A stretch of 64,000 nt of DNA, from the NCBI GenBank assembly GCA_903901225.1, contig CAIUQE010000048.1, positions 5,844-69,843 of the forward strand, read 5' to 3'. Position 1 is the stretch's first letter. Every line of letters starts with the position of its first letter. This document shows positions 1 to 9,742 of the stretch, one piece after another. The translations under genes were made by a program, and so were the position numbers. Source of the DNA: Candidatus Omnitrophota bacterium (GTDB taxonomy: Bacteria; Omnitrophota; Gorgyraeia; Zapsychrales; Fredricksoniimonadaceae). A model generated the notes under the pieces. That model searched no databases. It was not told the origin of the DNA and saw nothing but the letters and a program-made list of their open reading frames with translations.

Positions 1-1
1 A

Positions 2-589
2 CAGGGAGATGACAAGGCCAGGCAGGAAGCTGCGGATGCCGCTGCGGCCGCTCAGCAGAAAATACTGCAGCTCACGGTGGATCTTGAGCAAGCGCGGAGT
101 CAGTCGGGTACTGCGGATGCGCAAGGCGAAGAGTTCCAGAAGATTTCCACGGAACTCAAGGACATGAAGGATGTCCTGCAGATAAAGATCTTCGAATTGA
201 CGGCACGGGACCGGGAGATCAAGAAACTGAAGGCTGACGTTGAAAAGGCCCGGAGCGGCGCCGGCAACTCCGACCAGGCTGACTATGGGGCGCGGTTGGC
301 CAGGCTCAAGGCTTCCGAGGCCGACATCCTCCAGATAGAAAAGTCGCTGGATGAGGAGAAGCAGGCCTTGCGGGCCATGAAGCTGCGTGTTTCCGAAGGC
401 AAAATGAAGCTCCAGTTGTTGAATGAAAAGACCAAAGAGACCGTGGAGCTGATCGCCCAGTTCGCCGAAGGGAAGGAATTCGAGGAGTTCCGTAAAGCCA
501 TCCATATGGACGACACCATTTCAAAATACGAAGACGAGATCAAGAGCCTGCAGATCAAGGTGATGGACCTTGAAAAAAAGGACCGGTAA
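2..589 (+). CDS. coiled-coil protein, 5' partial (runs off the window start)
   Basis: The frame is open from nt 2 through the listed ORF 77..589. The sequence is charged and heptad-like (K/E/L rich). No enzymatic motif. Confidence 0.45.
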   Translation, partial: QGDDKARQEAADAAAAAQQKILQLTVDLEQARSQSGTADAQGEEFQKISTELKDMKDVLQIKIFELTARDREIKKLKADVEKARSGAGNSDQADYGARLARLKASEADILQIEKSLDEEKQALRAMKLRVSEGKMKLQLLNEKTKETVELIAQFAEGKEFEEFRKAIHMDDTISKYEDEIKSLQIKVMDLEKKDR

Positions 590-610
590 TGACGGCCATG
601 GGAGAGCGTT

Positions 611-2929
611 GTGCGTGAATTCCTGGTAAGCCAGATGGATTATATTTTCTTTATTTATGGCCTCGCGTTCATCTTTCTGGCCATGAACGCGTATTTTATT
701 TCCCGTCGCGACAAGGCGCAACCTTTCTGGAAGCTGGTCGCCTTGTTCGGCCTGTTGCACGGGATATTGGAGTGGATGAACATGGCTTCCTTCAGTGTCG
801 GGGAAGCCTTTCTTTTCAAGCTTGTCAGGCTGGTGTTCCTTGTTCTTTCATTCCTGTGCCTGTGTGAAGTTGCCCGCGGTGCCGCCGTAAAAAGTTCCGG
901 CGCTCTTTGGGGCAGGTGGGTTTACGTCCCCTTGTTATTGTTGATAGTCGTGTCTGGCTGGGGATTGGGCGGGCTGACGGGGATCAATATTCTTTCACGG
1001 TATATCCTGGGGTTTGCCGGCGGCTTGCTGGCGGCGAGGGTCATCGCGGTGTCGGCGCCGGCCCGCGCCTTGAACGTGTTCGCCTGGGTCCTGGTGTGTT
1101 ACGTGGCCACACAGTTGTTCCCTCCCGCGGGGTCGTTCTTTCCGGCCTCAATGTTCAATCAGGATGTTTTCCTGGCAACGACAAGTATCCCGATCCAGTT
1201 GGTACGCACGTTGCTGGCGCTTTTTCTGGCGGGGTTGCTGTGGCACCAGAATTTTCGTGATGATATCAGGGCCCTGTCTCTATCCCTGGCCCCTGTTTAT
1301 TGGAGAAATGCTGTTTTTTTTGTAGCGGGCCTTGTTGTTGTGCTCGTGGCCGGATGGGGGATCACTGATTTTATTGGCAGAAACGGAGAGCTACGGGAGC
1401 GCCGTGAACTCTTTGACGAGGTCCAGATAGCGGCCGCGATCATGGACCCCTCCAGGGTCAAAGCTCTTTCCGGGACAACGGCGGACCTTGACACGGATAA
1501 TTACAAATTCATCCAGCGCCAGTTCCTGAATGTTTTCAGGAGTGACCCGGCGGTCCTTTACGTTTATTTGTTTGGAAGGAAGGACGGGAAGAATATTTTT
1601 CTTCTCGATACACAGCCGCCAGGAAAGAAAAGGAATGCCGAACCTTTGGCGGCGCCTGGCGAAGTCTATGAGGAAGATGCTGAGCTTCTAGGACGGATGT
1701 TCGCTTCCGGTGGGGCCGTGACAGTCGGCCCGGAGACTGACAAGTGGGGCACCTTTGTTTCCGGCATGGCCGCGGTCCGAAGCCATGCTGATGACAGTGT
1801 CGTCGGTATTTTAGGTATTGATTATGATGCCAGTGAATGGCACGCGAAGGTCCATGCCTATCGCCTGGGGCCGATCCTTGTGACGCTGTTGCTGTCGATC
1901 ATGTTATTGCTGTTCTTTGTGATCTATATCCGCGAACAGGAGACAGGTGTGCTGGCGTTGGAAAAGGGCCGTATCCTCAAACAGCTTTTGTCCCAGCTGG
2001 AGGGCGAGCACAAGAACTTGCAGACGATCTTTGATTCGACCCAGGTCGGGCTGTTGCTCCTTGATGGGGAGTTCAGGGTTAAGCGGTTGAACCAGGTCCT
2101 TCTTGATATCGGCACTCAGGATGCTTTCACCATCATAGACCATCAGATCGGGGTCGCCCTCAGTTGTGTGCATGCTCAAGGGGTCAATGCCGGCTGCGGC
2201 ACTGCTGAACATTGCAAGCATTGTCTTATAAGGAACATGGCCGGTCAGGTTTTGAGGACCGGGCAGAAGATCAGGGAGGCGGAGGTTTGCCATGAAGTCC
2301 GGACGGCGGCAGGACAGAGATCTATATGGCTTGAGGTCAATGCCTGCCCGATCCAGATCGATGGCGGGACGCACATTCTTTTTTCTCTGGCCGATATTAC
2401 CCGCCGCAAGGTGCTTGAGCAGGAGTTGGTCCAGAGTGAGGAGAGGCACCGCGAACTTTTTGAACGCATGCTCAGCTGTTTTGTTTCCATTGAAGTTGTT
2501 CCTGGGCCGGACGGCAAGCCGGTCGACCTTCGTATCCTCGAGGTTAACAGGGAATGTGAGCGCCTGACGGGAATGTCAAAGGACCTTCTTGTCGGGAAGA
2601 CAATTTATGAGCTGATCCCCGGACTTGAAAAAAAATGGCTGGATATCCTGGGCGGGGTCGCGCGTGGTGGTGAACCCTGCCATTTTACCGAATACGCGTC
2701 TGGCCTTGAAAAATGGTTTGAGGGCTCAGCTTTCAGCGTCAAACGCGGTTTCGTCGCGGTAACGTTTGTTGATATTACTGGGCAGAAGAAGGCCCAGGAA
2801 GAGAATGTGCGGCACACGAAAGAACTTGAAGTCTTTTACAAGGCCAGCATCGGGAGGGAAGAGCGCATCCTTGAATTGAAGAAACAGTTGGAGAAGTTGA
2901 AGAAGGAGCAGTATGAAGCTGGCGCATAA
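611..2929 (+). CDS. polytopic membrane sensor with three PAS-like domains and no output domain
   Basis: N-terminus has about 8 hydrophobic helices. PAS-like blocks follow (LQTIFDSTQVGLLLLDG; ILEVNRECERLTGMSKDLLVGKTIYELIP). A Cys cluster AGCGTAEHCKHC sits around nt 2185-2235. Ends in a coiled-coil. GTG start per ORF track. Overlaps the downstream kinase by 17 nt. Confidence 0.6.
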   Translation: MREFLVSQMDYIFFIYGLAFIFLAMNAYFISRRDKAQPFWKLVALFGLLHGILEWMNMASFSVGEAFLFKLVRLVFLVLSFLCLCEVARGAAVKSSGALWGRWVYVPLLLLIVVSGWGLGGLTGINILSRYILGFAGGLLAARVIAVSAPARALNVFAWVLVCYVATQLFPPAGSFFPASMFNQDVFLATTSIPIQLVRTLLALFLAGLLWHQNFRDDIRALSLSLAPVYWRNAVFFVAGLVVVLVAGWGITDFIGRNGELRERRELFDEVQIAAAIMDPSRVKALSGTTADLDTDNYKFIQRQFLNVFRSDPAVLYVYLFGRKDGKNIFLLDTQPPGKKRNAEPLAAPGEVYEEDAELLGRMFASGGAVTVGPETDKWGTFVSGMAAVRSHADDSVVGILGIDYDASEWHAKVHAYRLGPILVTLLLSIMLLLFFVIYIREQETGVLALEKGRILKQLLSQLEGEHKNLQTIFDSTQVGLLLLDGEFRVKRLNQVLLDIGTQDAFTIIDHQIGVALSCVHAQGVNAGCGTAEHCKHCLIRNMAGQVLRTGQKIREAEVCHEVRTAAGQRSIWLEVNACPIQIDGGTHILFSLADITRRKVLEQELVQSEERHRELFERMLSCFVSIEVVPGPDGKPVDLRILEVNRECERLTGMSKDLLVGKTIYELIPGLEKKWLDILGGVARGGEPCHFTEYASGLEKWFEGSAFSVKRGFVAVTFVDITGQKKAQEENVRHTKELEVFYKASIGREERILELKKQLEKLKKEQYEAGA

Positions 2930-5900
2930 GATAGGGCTCTGCTTTATATTCGTGGCGTTCGTTTGCATGGCCATTGCCCTGGGTGTTGTTTATGTCACTA
3001 CCAGGCAGGACATTTCCAACGCCATATTCCAGGACCTTGAGGCCAGCGTGTATTTCCGCGCTCAGCATATCAAGACGTATCTGCGGATGTCCAGGATGGC
3101 CCTGATCCAGACATCGCGTAGTGTTGTCCTTCCCAAGGCCTTGAAAACACCCAAAGACGACGCGGGGTATCAGGACGCGCTGGAAAATGCCGGAAAACTG
3201 TTGAAGAACAAGAAAACCGGTGATGATTCGTTCCTGGACTATATGCTCCTTGACGCCACAGGCATGGTTGTGGCTTCCAGCGACGATATCAATGTCGGGC
3301 TGGATAATTCCAATGACCTTTATTTTCTGAATGCCCGCAAGCAGGTGTTCGTCAAAGATGCCTATTTTTCCGATGAAAAGAAGATACCCTTGATGGGGAT
3401 TGCCACGCCGCTGTTTGATGGCCAGGGCGGTGGTTTCCTTGGCATCCTCGTCGGAAGGGTAAAGCTGGATGAGCTTTATGGCATCCTTACCGACAGGACC
3501 AACCTGGGAGAAACGGGTGAGATATTCCTGGTCAATCAGTCCGGGTACGCGATCTCGCCGCTGCGATACTCAAGAGGTCTTTTTCTTGAACAAAAGATCG
3601 ATCCGAAGTATCCCAAGCTTACGTCGGTGGACAAATCGGCCCGCGAGACAACAATTTACAGGAACTATCACGGGGTCAGTGTCCTTGGGACGCGGGGCTT
3701 CATTTCCGGGATGCAGTGGACCGTCATGGGAGAGATCGGCGCGAAAGAAGCTTTTCGCGCCATGGATAAAATGAAGGATGTTTTTCTCCTGGTTTTGTTC
3801 CTTGGGAGTATCATGGCCATGCTTTTGGGCCAGTTTATTGCCAGGATGATCACGGTCCCCCTCCGCAAACTGTACCGCGGCGCGCAGATCGTCGGTGAAG
3901 GCAACCTTGATTATAAAGTGGCCATTGCCGCGCAGGATGAGGTGGGAGACCTTTCGCGGGCGTTCGATGTGATGACCGCAAACCTGAAAAAGACAACGGC
4001 GTCCATTGATATTTTCAACAATGAAGCCAAGGCGCGGCAGAAAGCGGAAGAGGACCTCAAGGAATCCGAGGCCAGGTATTTTAAGATATTGTACGGTTCA
4101 GACGACCCGACTTTCCTCATCAGCGGGAATGTGTTCATTGATGCCAACGATGCTGCCGCCCGCATGCTAGGATGCCCTTCAAAGAGAGAGCTGCTTAACG
4201 CGCACCCTTCCTCCTTTTCCCCGGCAGTGCAGCCGGACGGGAGCAATTCATTCGAGAAGGCCAATGAAATGATCGCTCTCGCCGTCAAGAAAGGCGTGCA
4301 CCAGTTTGAATGGGTCCACCGCAGGGTCAATGGTGAGCTTTTTCCGGTCGATATCTCTCTCACGCCTATCATCCTGCGGGGCAAGCCGCTTATCCAATGC
4401 GTTTTGGTGGATCTGACGGAAAAGAAACAGAATGAACATCGGCTTCTGGAAACGCAGCGGCGCCTGCAGGAACAGACCTCTCAGTTGACAGAAGCCCTTG
4501 ACGAGTCGCGCAAGTCGCATGAGATACTCTCGAGCATGCTGGATGATATCAACCAGATGAGGTTTAACTTTGAACAGTCATCCAAAAAGCTGGAACTGAT
4601 CCTGGCATCTACCGGTGAAGGCATATTCGGGTTAGACAAAGAAAGCCGGCACACGTTCGTCAATGCCCAGGCGCAGAGATTGCTGGGGTATTCCGAACAG
4701 GAATTGATCGGAGGCGACAGCCATGCCCTTTGGCATCATTCTTATCCCGACGGCAGCCCGTATCCGCCCGAGCTTTGCCCGAATTTTGTTGCGCTGCGTG
4801 ATGGTAAGACGATCCATGGGGAGGAATATTACTGGCGCAAGGACGGGTTCGTTTTTCCGGTCGAATTCACCGCGGTGCCTGTTTTTCAGGATAATAAGGT
4901 TACCGGCCTTGTTGTTTCGTTCCGCGACATTACGGAACGCAGAAAAAACCAGGAGAACATCAGCAGGCTGACCCAGGCCATTGAACAAAGCCCGGCTTCA
5001 GTTGTTATCACCAATCTTAAAGGTGAGATGGAATACGCGAACTCAAAGTTTTATAAGGTCAGCGGCTATGCGCCGGAAGATGTCATCGGCAAGAATCCGC
5101 GCGTACTGAAGTCCGGCGAAATGACCCGGGAGCAGTACAAAGATCTGTGGGATACCATCAGTCAGGGGCATGAATGGCGCGGTGAGTTCCACAACAGGAA
5201 AAAAAGCGGTGAGCTTTACTGGGAATCCGCCTTGATCTCTCCGATCCGCAACGCGCAGGGCGCGCGGACCCACTATCTTGCCGTCAAGGAGGATATCACA
5301 GAATTAAAGAAGGCTGAAGACGAGGTGAACAAGGTCAAGTCCCAGCTGGTCCAGCGCGACAAGCTTTCCACGCTTGGCGAAATGGCTACCGGGATGGCCC
5401 ATGAGATCAACCAGCCGCTCAACGGCATCGCGCTGGTCATGGCGACCTTCCGTAAACTTATGGCCAAAAAGCTCCTGAATGACGAGAATCTTACCAATGG
5501 CATGAAGGATATCGAAACCTGCATCAAGCGGATGACCCAGACGATCACCCATATCCGTGTTTATGCCCGTCAGGAAACGCTGGCGTTCGCCGCGGTCGAT
5601 CTTCCCGTCACCATTGACTCGGCGCTGATGTTGATGGGCGAGCAATTAAGGATGCACGAGATCAAGGTTGTGACGAAGGTTGAGCCGGGGCTTCCCAAAA
5701 TTCAGGGTGAGCCGCATCAGCTTGAACAGGTATGGATCAACCTGATCTCCAACGCCCGTGACGCGCTTGAAGAGAAGCAAAAGCAGGTCGCTTCGGGCGA
5801 GAGCGCTGCCGCGGGTTATGAAAAATGCCTCACGATCGAGCTAGTCCACCTCAAGGAGTCGAATGCCGTGCGCGTGGTGTTCGGGGATAATGGTGTTGGC

Positions 5901-6107
5901 ATGACCGAACAGCAGCGTAAAAAAGCGCTTGAGCCGTTTTTCACGACCAAGGAAGTCGGGAAAGGGACGGGGCTTGGCTTGTCGATCAGTTACGGGATCA
6001 TCCAAAATCATAAAGGGAAGATCGAGATCGCGAGTGAACCGGGACAGGGGGCGTCATTTATTATTGAACTGCCCGTTTTTACAGGTAACGTTGACGTTCC
6101 GCAATAA
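2913..6107 (+). CDS. sensor histidine kinase (TM, Cache-like, HAMP, 3x PAS, HisKA, HATPase_c)
   Basis: N-terminal TM helix, periplasmic Cache-like region, second TM and HAMP. Multiple PAS domains. H-box LSTLGEMATGMAHEINQPLNGI. G-boxes GDNGVGM and GKGTGLGLSISYGI. Confidence 0.85.
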   Translation: MKLAHKIGLCFIFVAFVCMAIALGVVYVTTRQDISNAIFQDLEASVYFRAQHIKTYLRMSRMALIQTSRSVVLPKALKTPKDDAGYQDALENAGKLLKNKKTGDDSFLDYMLLDATGMVVASSDDINVGLDNSNDLYFLNARKQVFVKDAYFSDEKKIPLMGIATPLFDGQGGGFLGILVGRVKLDELYGILTDRTNLGETGEIFLVNQSGYAISPLRYSRGLFLEQKIDPKYPKLTSVDKSARETTIYRNYHGVSVLGTRGFISGMQWTVMGEIGAKEAFRAMDKMKDVFLLVLFLGSIMAMLLGQFIARMITVPLRKLYRGAQIVGEGNLDYKVAIAAQDEVGDLSRAFDVMTANLKKTTASIDIFNNEAKARQKAEEDLKESEARYFKILYGSDDPTFLISGNVFIDANDAAARMLGCPSKRELLNAHPSSFSPAVQPDGSNSFEKANEMIALAVKKGVHQFEWVHRRVNGELFPVDISLTPIILRGKPLIQCVLVDLTEKKQNEHRLLETQRRLQEQTSQLTEALDESRKSHEILSSMLDDINQMRFNFEQSSKKLELILASTGEGIFGLDKESRHTFVNAQAQRLLGYSEQELIGGDSHALWHHSYPDGSPYPPELCPNFVALRDGKTIHGEEYYWRKDGFVFPVEFTAVPVFQDNKVTGLVVSFRDITERRKNQENISRLTQAIEQSPASVVITNLKGEMEYANSKFYKVSGYAPEDVIGKNPRVLKSGEMTREQYKDLWDTISQGHEWRGEFHNRKKSGELYWESALISPIRNAQGARTHYLAVKEDITELKKAEDEVNKVKSQLVQRDKLSTLGEMATGMAHEINQPLNGIALVMATFRKLMAKKLLNDENLTNGMKDIETCIKRMTQTITHIRVYARQETLAFAAVDLPVTIDSALMLMGEQLRMHEIKVVTKVEPGLPKIQGEPHQLEQVWINLISNARDALEEKQKQVASGESAAAGYEKCLTIELVHLKESNAVRVVFGDNGVGMTEQQRKKALEPFFTTKEVGKGTGLGLSISYGIIQNHKGKIEIASEPGQGASFIIELPVFTGNVDVPQ

Positions 6108-6120
6108 CATAGGAGTTGTT

Positions 6121-6660
6121 ATGGCATCAGACACGAATAAAGGCTGTGTCCTTCTGGTCGATGATGAAGACGCGATACGCGAGTCCCTGGGGGAGCTGCT
6201 TGAAGCGTGCGGTTTTGTCACCCACCGGGCCAACTGCGTCGATAACGCGATTAAACTGCTCGATAAACAGTTTGATGTCGAAGCGATCGTGAGCGACATG
6301 AAAATGCCGGGCAAGACAGGCATTGACCTGCTGCATTATCTCAATGAACATGACCGTAAGATCCCTGTCATTTTCCTGACGGGTTACGGGACCCTTGAAA
6401 CGTGCCAGGAAGCGGTGCGTTCCGGCGCGTTCGACTACATCCTCAAGCCTCTTGACGACAAGGACAAGGTCCTTATGCCGTTGAGCCATGCGGTGGAGCA
6501 GTTCCGCCTGCGCCAGAATAACGAGGAGCTCAAACGCGACATCCTGCTCATGGCCGAGGAGCATGAGAAGCTCCTGGACGCGATCCTCAATGACGTCGAG
6601 ACCAAGGACCTGGTGCAGGAAAAGATCAGCTCGATCGTTAAAAAATGGGACAAAAAATAG
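6121..6660 (+). CDS. stand-alone response-regulator receiver (CheY-like) protein
   Basis: LLVDDEDAIRES...VSDMKMPGKTGIDLL...LTGYG...KPLD receiver signature. ATG at 6121 preceded by the aggag RBS. The upstream part of ORF 5929.. lies in another frame inside the kinase gene. Confidence 0.8.
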   Translation: MASDTNKGCVLLVDDEDAIRESLGELLEACGFVTHRANCVDNAIKLLDKQFDVEAIVSDMKMPGKTGIDLLHYLNEHDRKIPVIFLTGYGTLETCQEAVRSGAFDYILKPLDDKDKVLMPLSHAVEQFRLRQNNEELKRDILLMAEEHEKLLDAILNDVETKDLVQEKISSIVKKWDKK

Positions 6661-6669
6661 AAGTTAGCG

Positions 6670-7869
6670 ATGCCTTTGATCATCGTCGGTATAGCAGCGG
6701 GCGTTCTCCTTGGGCTTATTCTTGGGCCCCGCGCCGCCATCCTGAAGCCTTTCGGTGATATTTTCCTGAATCTTCTGTTCACCGCGGTTGTCCCTCTCGT
6801 ATTTTTTTCCATTTCTTCCGCCATTGCTTCGATGAACGATGCCCGCCGGCTTGGCCGGATCATGGGCTGGATGATGTTCTTCTTCGTGCTGACCGGCATT
6901 TTTTCCTCCGCGCTCATGATCGCCGTGGTAAGGGTGTTCCCGCCGTTCGCGGGTCATCCCTGGGCCCTGCCGGGGGGTGTCGCGCCCAACGCCATGAGCA
7001 CGGCCGACGCGCTGGTCAGGACATTCACCACGGCTGACTTCTCGGATATTCTCTCCAAAAAGAACATGTTGCCCATGATCATTTTTGCTCTCCTGGTCGG
7101 CGCCGGGGCATCGGCAGCCGGGGAGAAAGGCTCTGCGTTCGCCCGTTTTCTTGTCGCGGGCAACGAGGTGATGGGGCGTGTCATCCGGCTGATCATGCTG
7201 TACGCGCCGGTGGGGTTGGGCGCTTACATCGCGTACCTGCTGGGCACCATGGGCCCGCAGTTGATGGGTTCTTACGCGAGGGTTGTCTTTCTGTATTATC
7301 CCGCCGCGCTCTTCTATTTCATGGCAGCTTTTTCCATTTACGTGTTTTGGGCCGCGGGCCGCCAGGGCTTAAAAAAGTTCTGGTGGAATATCCCTTCAAC
7401 GGCGTTCACCGCGTTTGCCACAGGCAGCAGTGTCGCGGCCATTCCCGTCAACCTTGAAGCGTCACGAAAAATGGGGGTTGACGACGAGATCCGTGAGGTG
7501 ATCATCCCCCTGGGCGCCACGATCCATATGGAAGGCTCATGCCTGGCGGCCATTGTCAAGATCGCGTTTCTGTTCGGGCTTTTTCAAATGCCGTTCACGG
7601 GCTGGGATGTATGGCTTACGGCGATCGGTATTGCCGTGCTGGCCGGGACCGTGATCAGCGGTATTCCCGCGGGCGGCATGATCGGCGAGCTTCTGATCGT
7701 CACGCTCTACGGGTTTCCGCTCGCGGCGCTGCCGCTTATCACGATGATCGGGACGATCGTCGATCCGCCGGCCACCATGCTCAATTCTGTCGGTGATAAC
7801 GTCACGTGCCTGATGGTGTCACGCTGTATGAACGGCGCTGATCGCCAGAAAAGGAAGGATATCCCATGA
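6670..7869 (+). CDS. dicarboxylate/amino-acid:cation symporter (DAACS/SDF family)
   Basis: About 10 TM segments. Family signature IIPLGATIHMEGSCLAAIVKIAFLFG (PxGxTxNMDG-like). Confidence 0.7.
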   Translation: MPLIIVGIAAGVLLGLILGPRAAILKPFGDIFLNLLFTAVVPLVFFSISSAIASMNDARRLGRIMGWMMFFFVLTGIFSSALMIAVVRVFPPFAGHPWALPGGVAPNAMSTADALVRTFTTADFSDILSKKNMLPMIIFALLVGAGASAAGEKGSAFARFLVAGNEVMGRVIRLIMLYAPVGLGAYIAYLLGTMGPQLMGSYARVVFLYYPAALFYFMAAFSIYVFWAAGRQGLKKFWWNIPSTAFTAFATGSSVAAIPVNLEASRKMGVDDEIREVIIPLGATIHMEGSCLAAIVKIAFLFGLFQMPFTGWDVWLTAIGIAVLAGTVISGIPAGGMIGELLIVTLYGFPLAALPLITMIGTIVDPPATMLNSVGDNVTCLMVSRCMNGADRQKRKDIP

Positions 7870-8573
7870 GAACGATAGCGGCGGCTTTTTTGCTGGGTGC
7901 GTTTGTTTTTCTTTCTGTTTCCTGTTCGAGTGTGCCGCCGAGGCCATTGTGCGCGGGGGAATTTGATTATGACTCCGAAGCGGCGCGCCAGGTCATTGAA
8001 GTGCTCCCGTCCCGCAGGGGTGGTTTCAGGGCTGAACTGACGGCGTGGGTGGCGGCTGAAGGCGAGTGGCGCAAGGTCCTTGGCCCGTGGCCGGTTGTCG
8101 TGGGGCGCAACGGTTTTGCCGCGCCCGGAGAAAAGATCGAAGGCGACGGAAAAACGCCATCGGGAATATTCCCTATCGGCATCGCCTTTGGAAAAGCGCC
8201 TAAACTTGCCACCGGGTTGCCCTACCGGCAGTCAACAACGGAGGATGTCTGGGTCGATGACAGCGCTTCAGCTCAATACAATACCTGGGTAAAGATGCCC
8301 GCGCAAGCGACGTCCTACGAAAAAATGCTGCGCCCAGACGGGTTATACGATATGGGCGCGGTCATAGGGTACAACATGGCCCCTGTTGTCCCCGGCAAGG
8401 GTAGCGCGATCTTCCTTCACATCTGGCGTGATGACGGCAGGCGGCCTACGGCTGGTTGCGTGGCGCTTCATGAGGACAGGTTGCGGCGCCTGTTATCCTG
8501 GTTGAAGAAGGACAGGGAACCGGTCATTGCTCTTGGGGTTTCTGGGGCAAAAGGTCGAAGTGCTGGTAAATGA
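7866..8573 (+). CDS. L,D-transpeptidase (YkuD domain) lipoprotein
   Basis: Signal peptide with lipobox LSVSCSS. Catalytic motif FLHIW...TAGCVALHEDRLRRL (His-x-Gly-Cys). ATGA overlap with the upstream stop. Confidence 0.7.
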   Translation: MRTIAAAFLLGAFVFLSVSCSSVPPRPLCAGEFDYDSEAARQVIEVLPSRRGGFRAELTAWVAAEGEWRKVLGPWPVVVGRNGFAAPGEKIEGDGKTPSGIFPIGIAFGKAPKLATGLPYRQSTTEDVWVDDSASAQYNTWVKMPAQATSYEKMLRPDGLYDMGAVIGYNMAPVVPGKGSAIFLHIWRDDGRRPTAGCVALHEDRLRRLLSWLKKDREPVIALGVSGAKGRSAGK

Positions 8574-8910
8574 GCATCTTGATGTCTTCCATCGAAACGG
8601 GTTTGACTAGAAAACGCGCGCCCTTGGAGCGGGAGAGGACTTCATGGTCCGCGCTGGCCGTGATGATGATCACGATCACGCGGGGGTATAACTTGATGAT
8701 CTCTGCCGCCACCTCGAAGCCATTGATCCCTGGCATGCTGATATCCAGCAGGACCGCGTCAAAAGGGTGCATGGAAAGCATCCCCAGCGCCGTGTAGCCG
8801 TTCTCGGCAGTCCAGACATCAATGGGGTAATAACGTTCAATAAAGCGCTTGAGCCTGAAGATGATATCAGGTTCGTCGTCAACACAAAGTACCTGGCGTC
8901 GTTCTGTCAT
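8524..8910 (-). CDS. single-domain response regulator (CheY-like receiver)
   Basis: VLCVDDEPDIIFRLK...LLDISMPGINGFEV...IITASAD...LVKPV. Immediately downstream of the LexA-like gene on the same strand. Confidence 0.8.
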   Translation of the reverse strand: MTERRQVLCVDDEPDIIFRLKRFIERYYPIDVWTAENGYTALGMLSMHPFDAVLLDISMPGINGFEVAAEIIKLYPRVIVIIITASADHEVLSRSKGARFLVKPVSMEDIKMLIYQHFDLLPQKPQEQ

Positions 8911-8915
8911 GCGGG

Positions 8916-9656
8916 TCAGTATTTCTTTGCTTTGGCGACACGTTCAACGACCTTGCCGATGATCCCGTAGCGCTTCTGACGGTCAAAAACAATATCCTTA
9001 AAATGGGCGTTCAAAGGATGCAGGACGCAGGTTGTGGCGTAATTCTTGAACTGGCGCAGGACCGGTTCTGTTTCCCGAGTATCCGAGGCCAGGACAAAAT
9101 CCCCGTCTTTGGGTGAGGGGCATTCATCGATCACAACGATATCGCCCGGTTGGAACTCCGGGGCCATGGACGTGTCTTTGATCCTGAGCGCAAAAGCATT
9201 GCTCTTGACTTTTGTTTCTATCTTTATCCCTTCCAGCCCGATAGGGATGTCATCTTCCGTGACCTTCCTGTTCGCGTTCTCCCAGGGTAATATGGCGACT
9301 TTGTCCGGCCTGTCGATCGGCGGCAGGGGCGCGGGCGCCTGCTTTCCCTTGGAAAACCTGTTCTTGATCGTCTCAAGATCCGCTGATTTCATCCGCTCAA
9401 GGACCGCGAGTTCCAGCAGCTCCTTGCGGTCGTGTTCATTGAGCGTGAGGGCATCGGCCAGTTTGGCGCAGGTTTCACGTGTCGGGGGTTTTTGCCGCCC
9501 CGCTTCGAGGCTGGCGATGTAGGTCAAAGAGACGTCGATCTTGCGCGCCAGATCGGCCTTCTTGATGCCAGCTTTTTCCCTATAGTGTGTCAGGACCTTG
9601 TTGAACATGCTAGAAGTATACACTAAACCGGTATGCTTGTAAATATTTTTCTGCAA
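8916..9656 (-). CDS. LexA-like repressor (XRE-family HTH fused to S24 peptidase domain)
   Basis: N-terminal HTH (KADLARKIDVSLTYIASLEAG). C-terminal S24 signature KDTSMAPEFQPGDIVVID...VLRQF plus a downstream Lys. An alternative start at 9608 (MFNKVL) is possible. Confidence 0.7.
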   Translation of the reverse strand: MQKNIYKHTGLVYTSSMFNKVLTHYREKAGIKKADLARKIDVSLTYIASLEAGRQKPPTRETCAKLADALTLNEHDRKELLELAVLERMKSADLETIKNRFSKGKQAPAPLPPIDRPDKVAILPWENANRKVTEDDIPIGLEGIKIETKVKSNAFALRIKDTSMAPEFQPGDIVVIDECPSPKDGDFVLASDTRETEPVLRQFKNYATTCVLHPLNAHFKDIVFDRQKRYGIIGKVVERVAKAKKY

Positions 9657-9657
9657 C

Positions 9658-9686
9658 TTGACAACTGAAGTGATTTGGTTTATACT
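9658..9686 (+). promoter_or_regulatory. consensus sigma70-type promoter TTGACA-N17-TATACT driving the 9743 small gene, in the LexA-like divergent region
   Basis: Read directly: ttgaca at 9658-9663, a 17-nt spacer, tatact at 9681-9686. RBS aaaggagg lies before the ATG at 9743. Confidence 0.55.
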
Positions 9687-9742
9687 TCAAATGCTTCACA
9701 CCGGATAACACGCGCAATATCACAATAAAGGAGGCCCTGGAC

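Noticed and set aside
1904-2449. Minus-strand ORFs inside the PAS sensor and kinase genes (1904..2449, 3911..4384, 4632..4988, 5304..5645 and others)
   Set aside because: They are embedded antisense in genes with clear domain structure, and have no start-site signals or recognisable motifs.
5929-6120. 5' extension of the receiver-protein ORF (MSRFSRPRKSGKG...)
   Set aside because: It lies inside the histidine-kinase HATPase coding region in another frame and is basic and low-complexity. The real start, ATG 6121, has an aggag RBS and begins the receiver fold.
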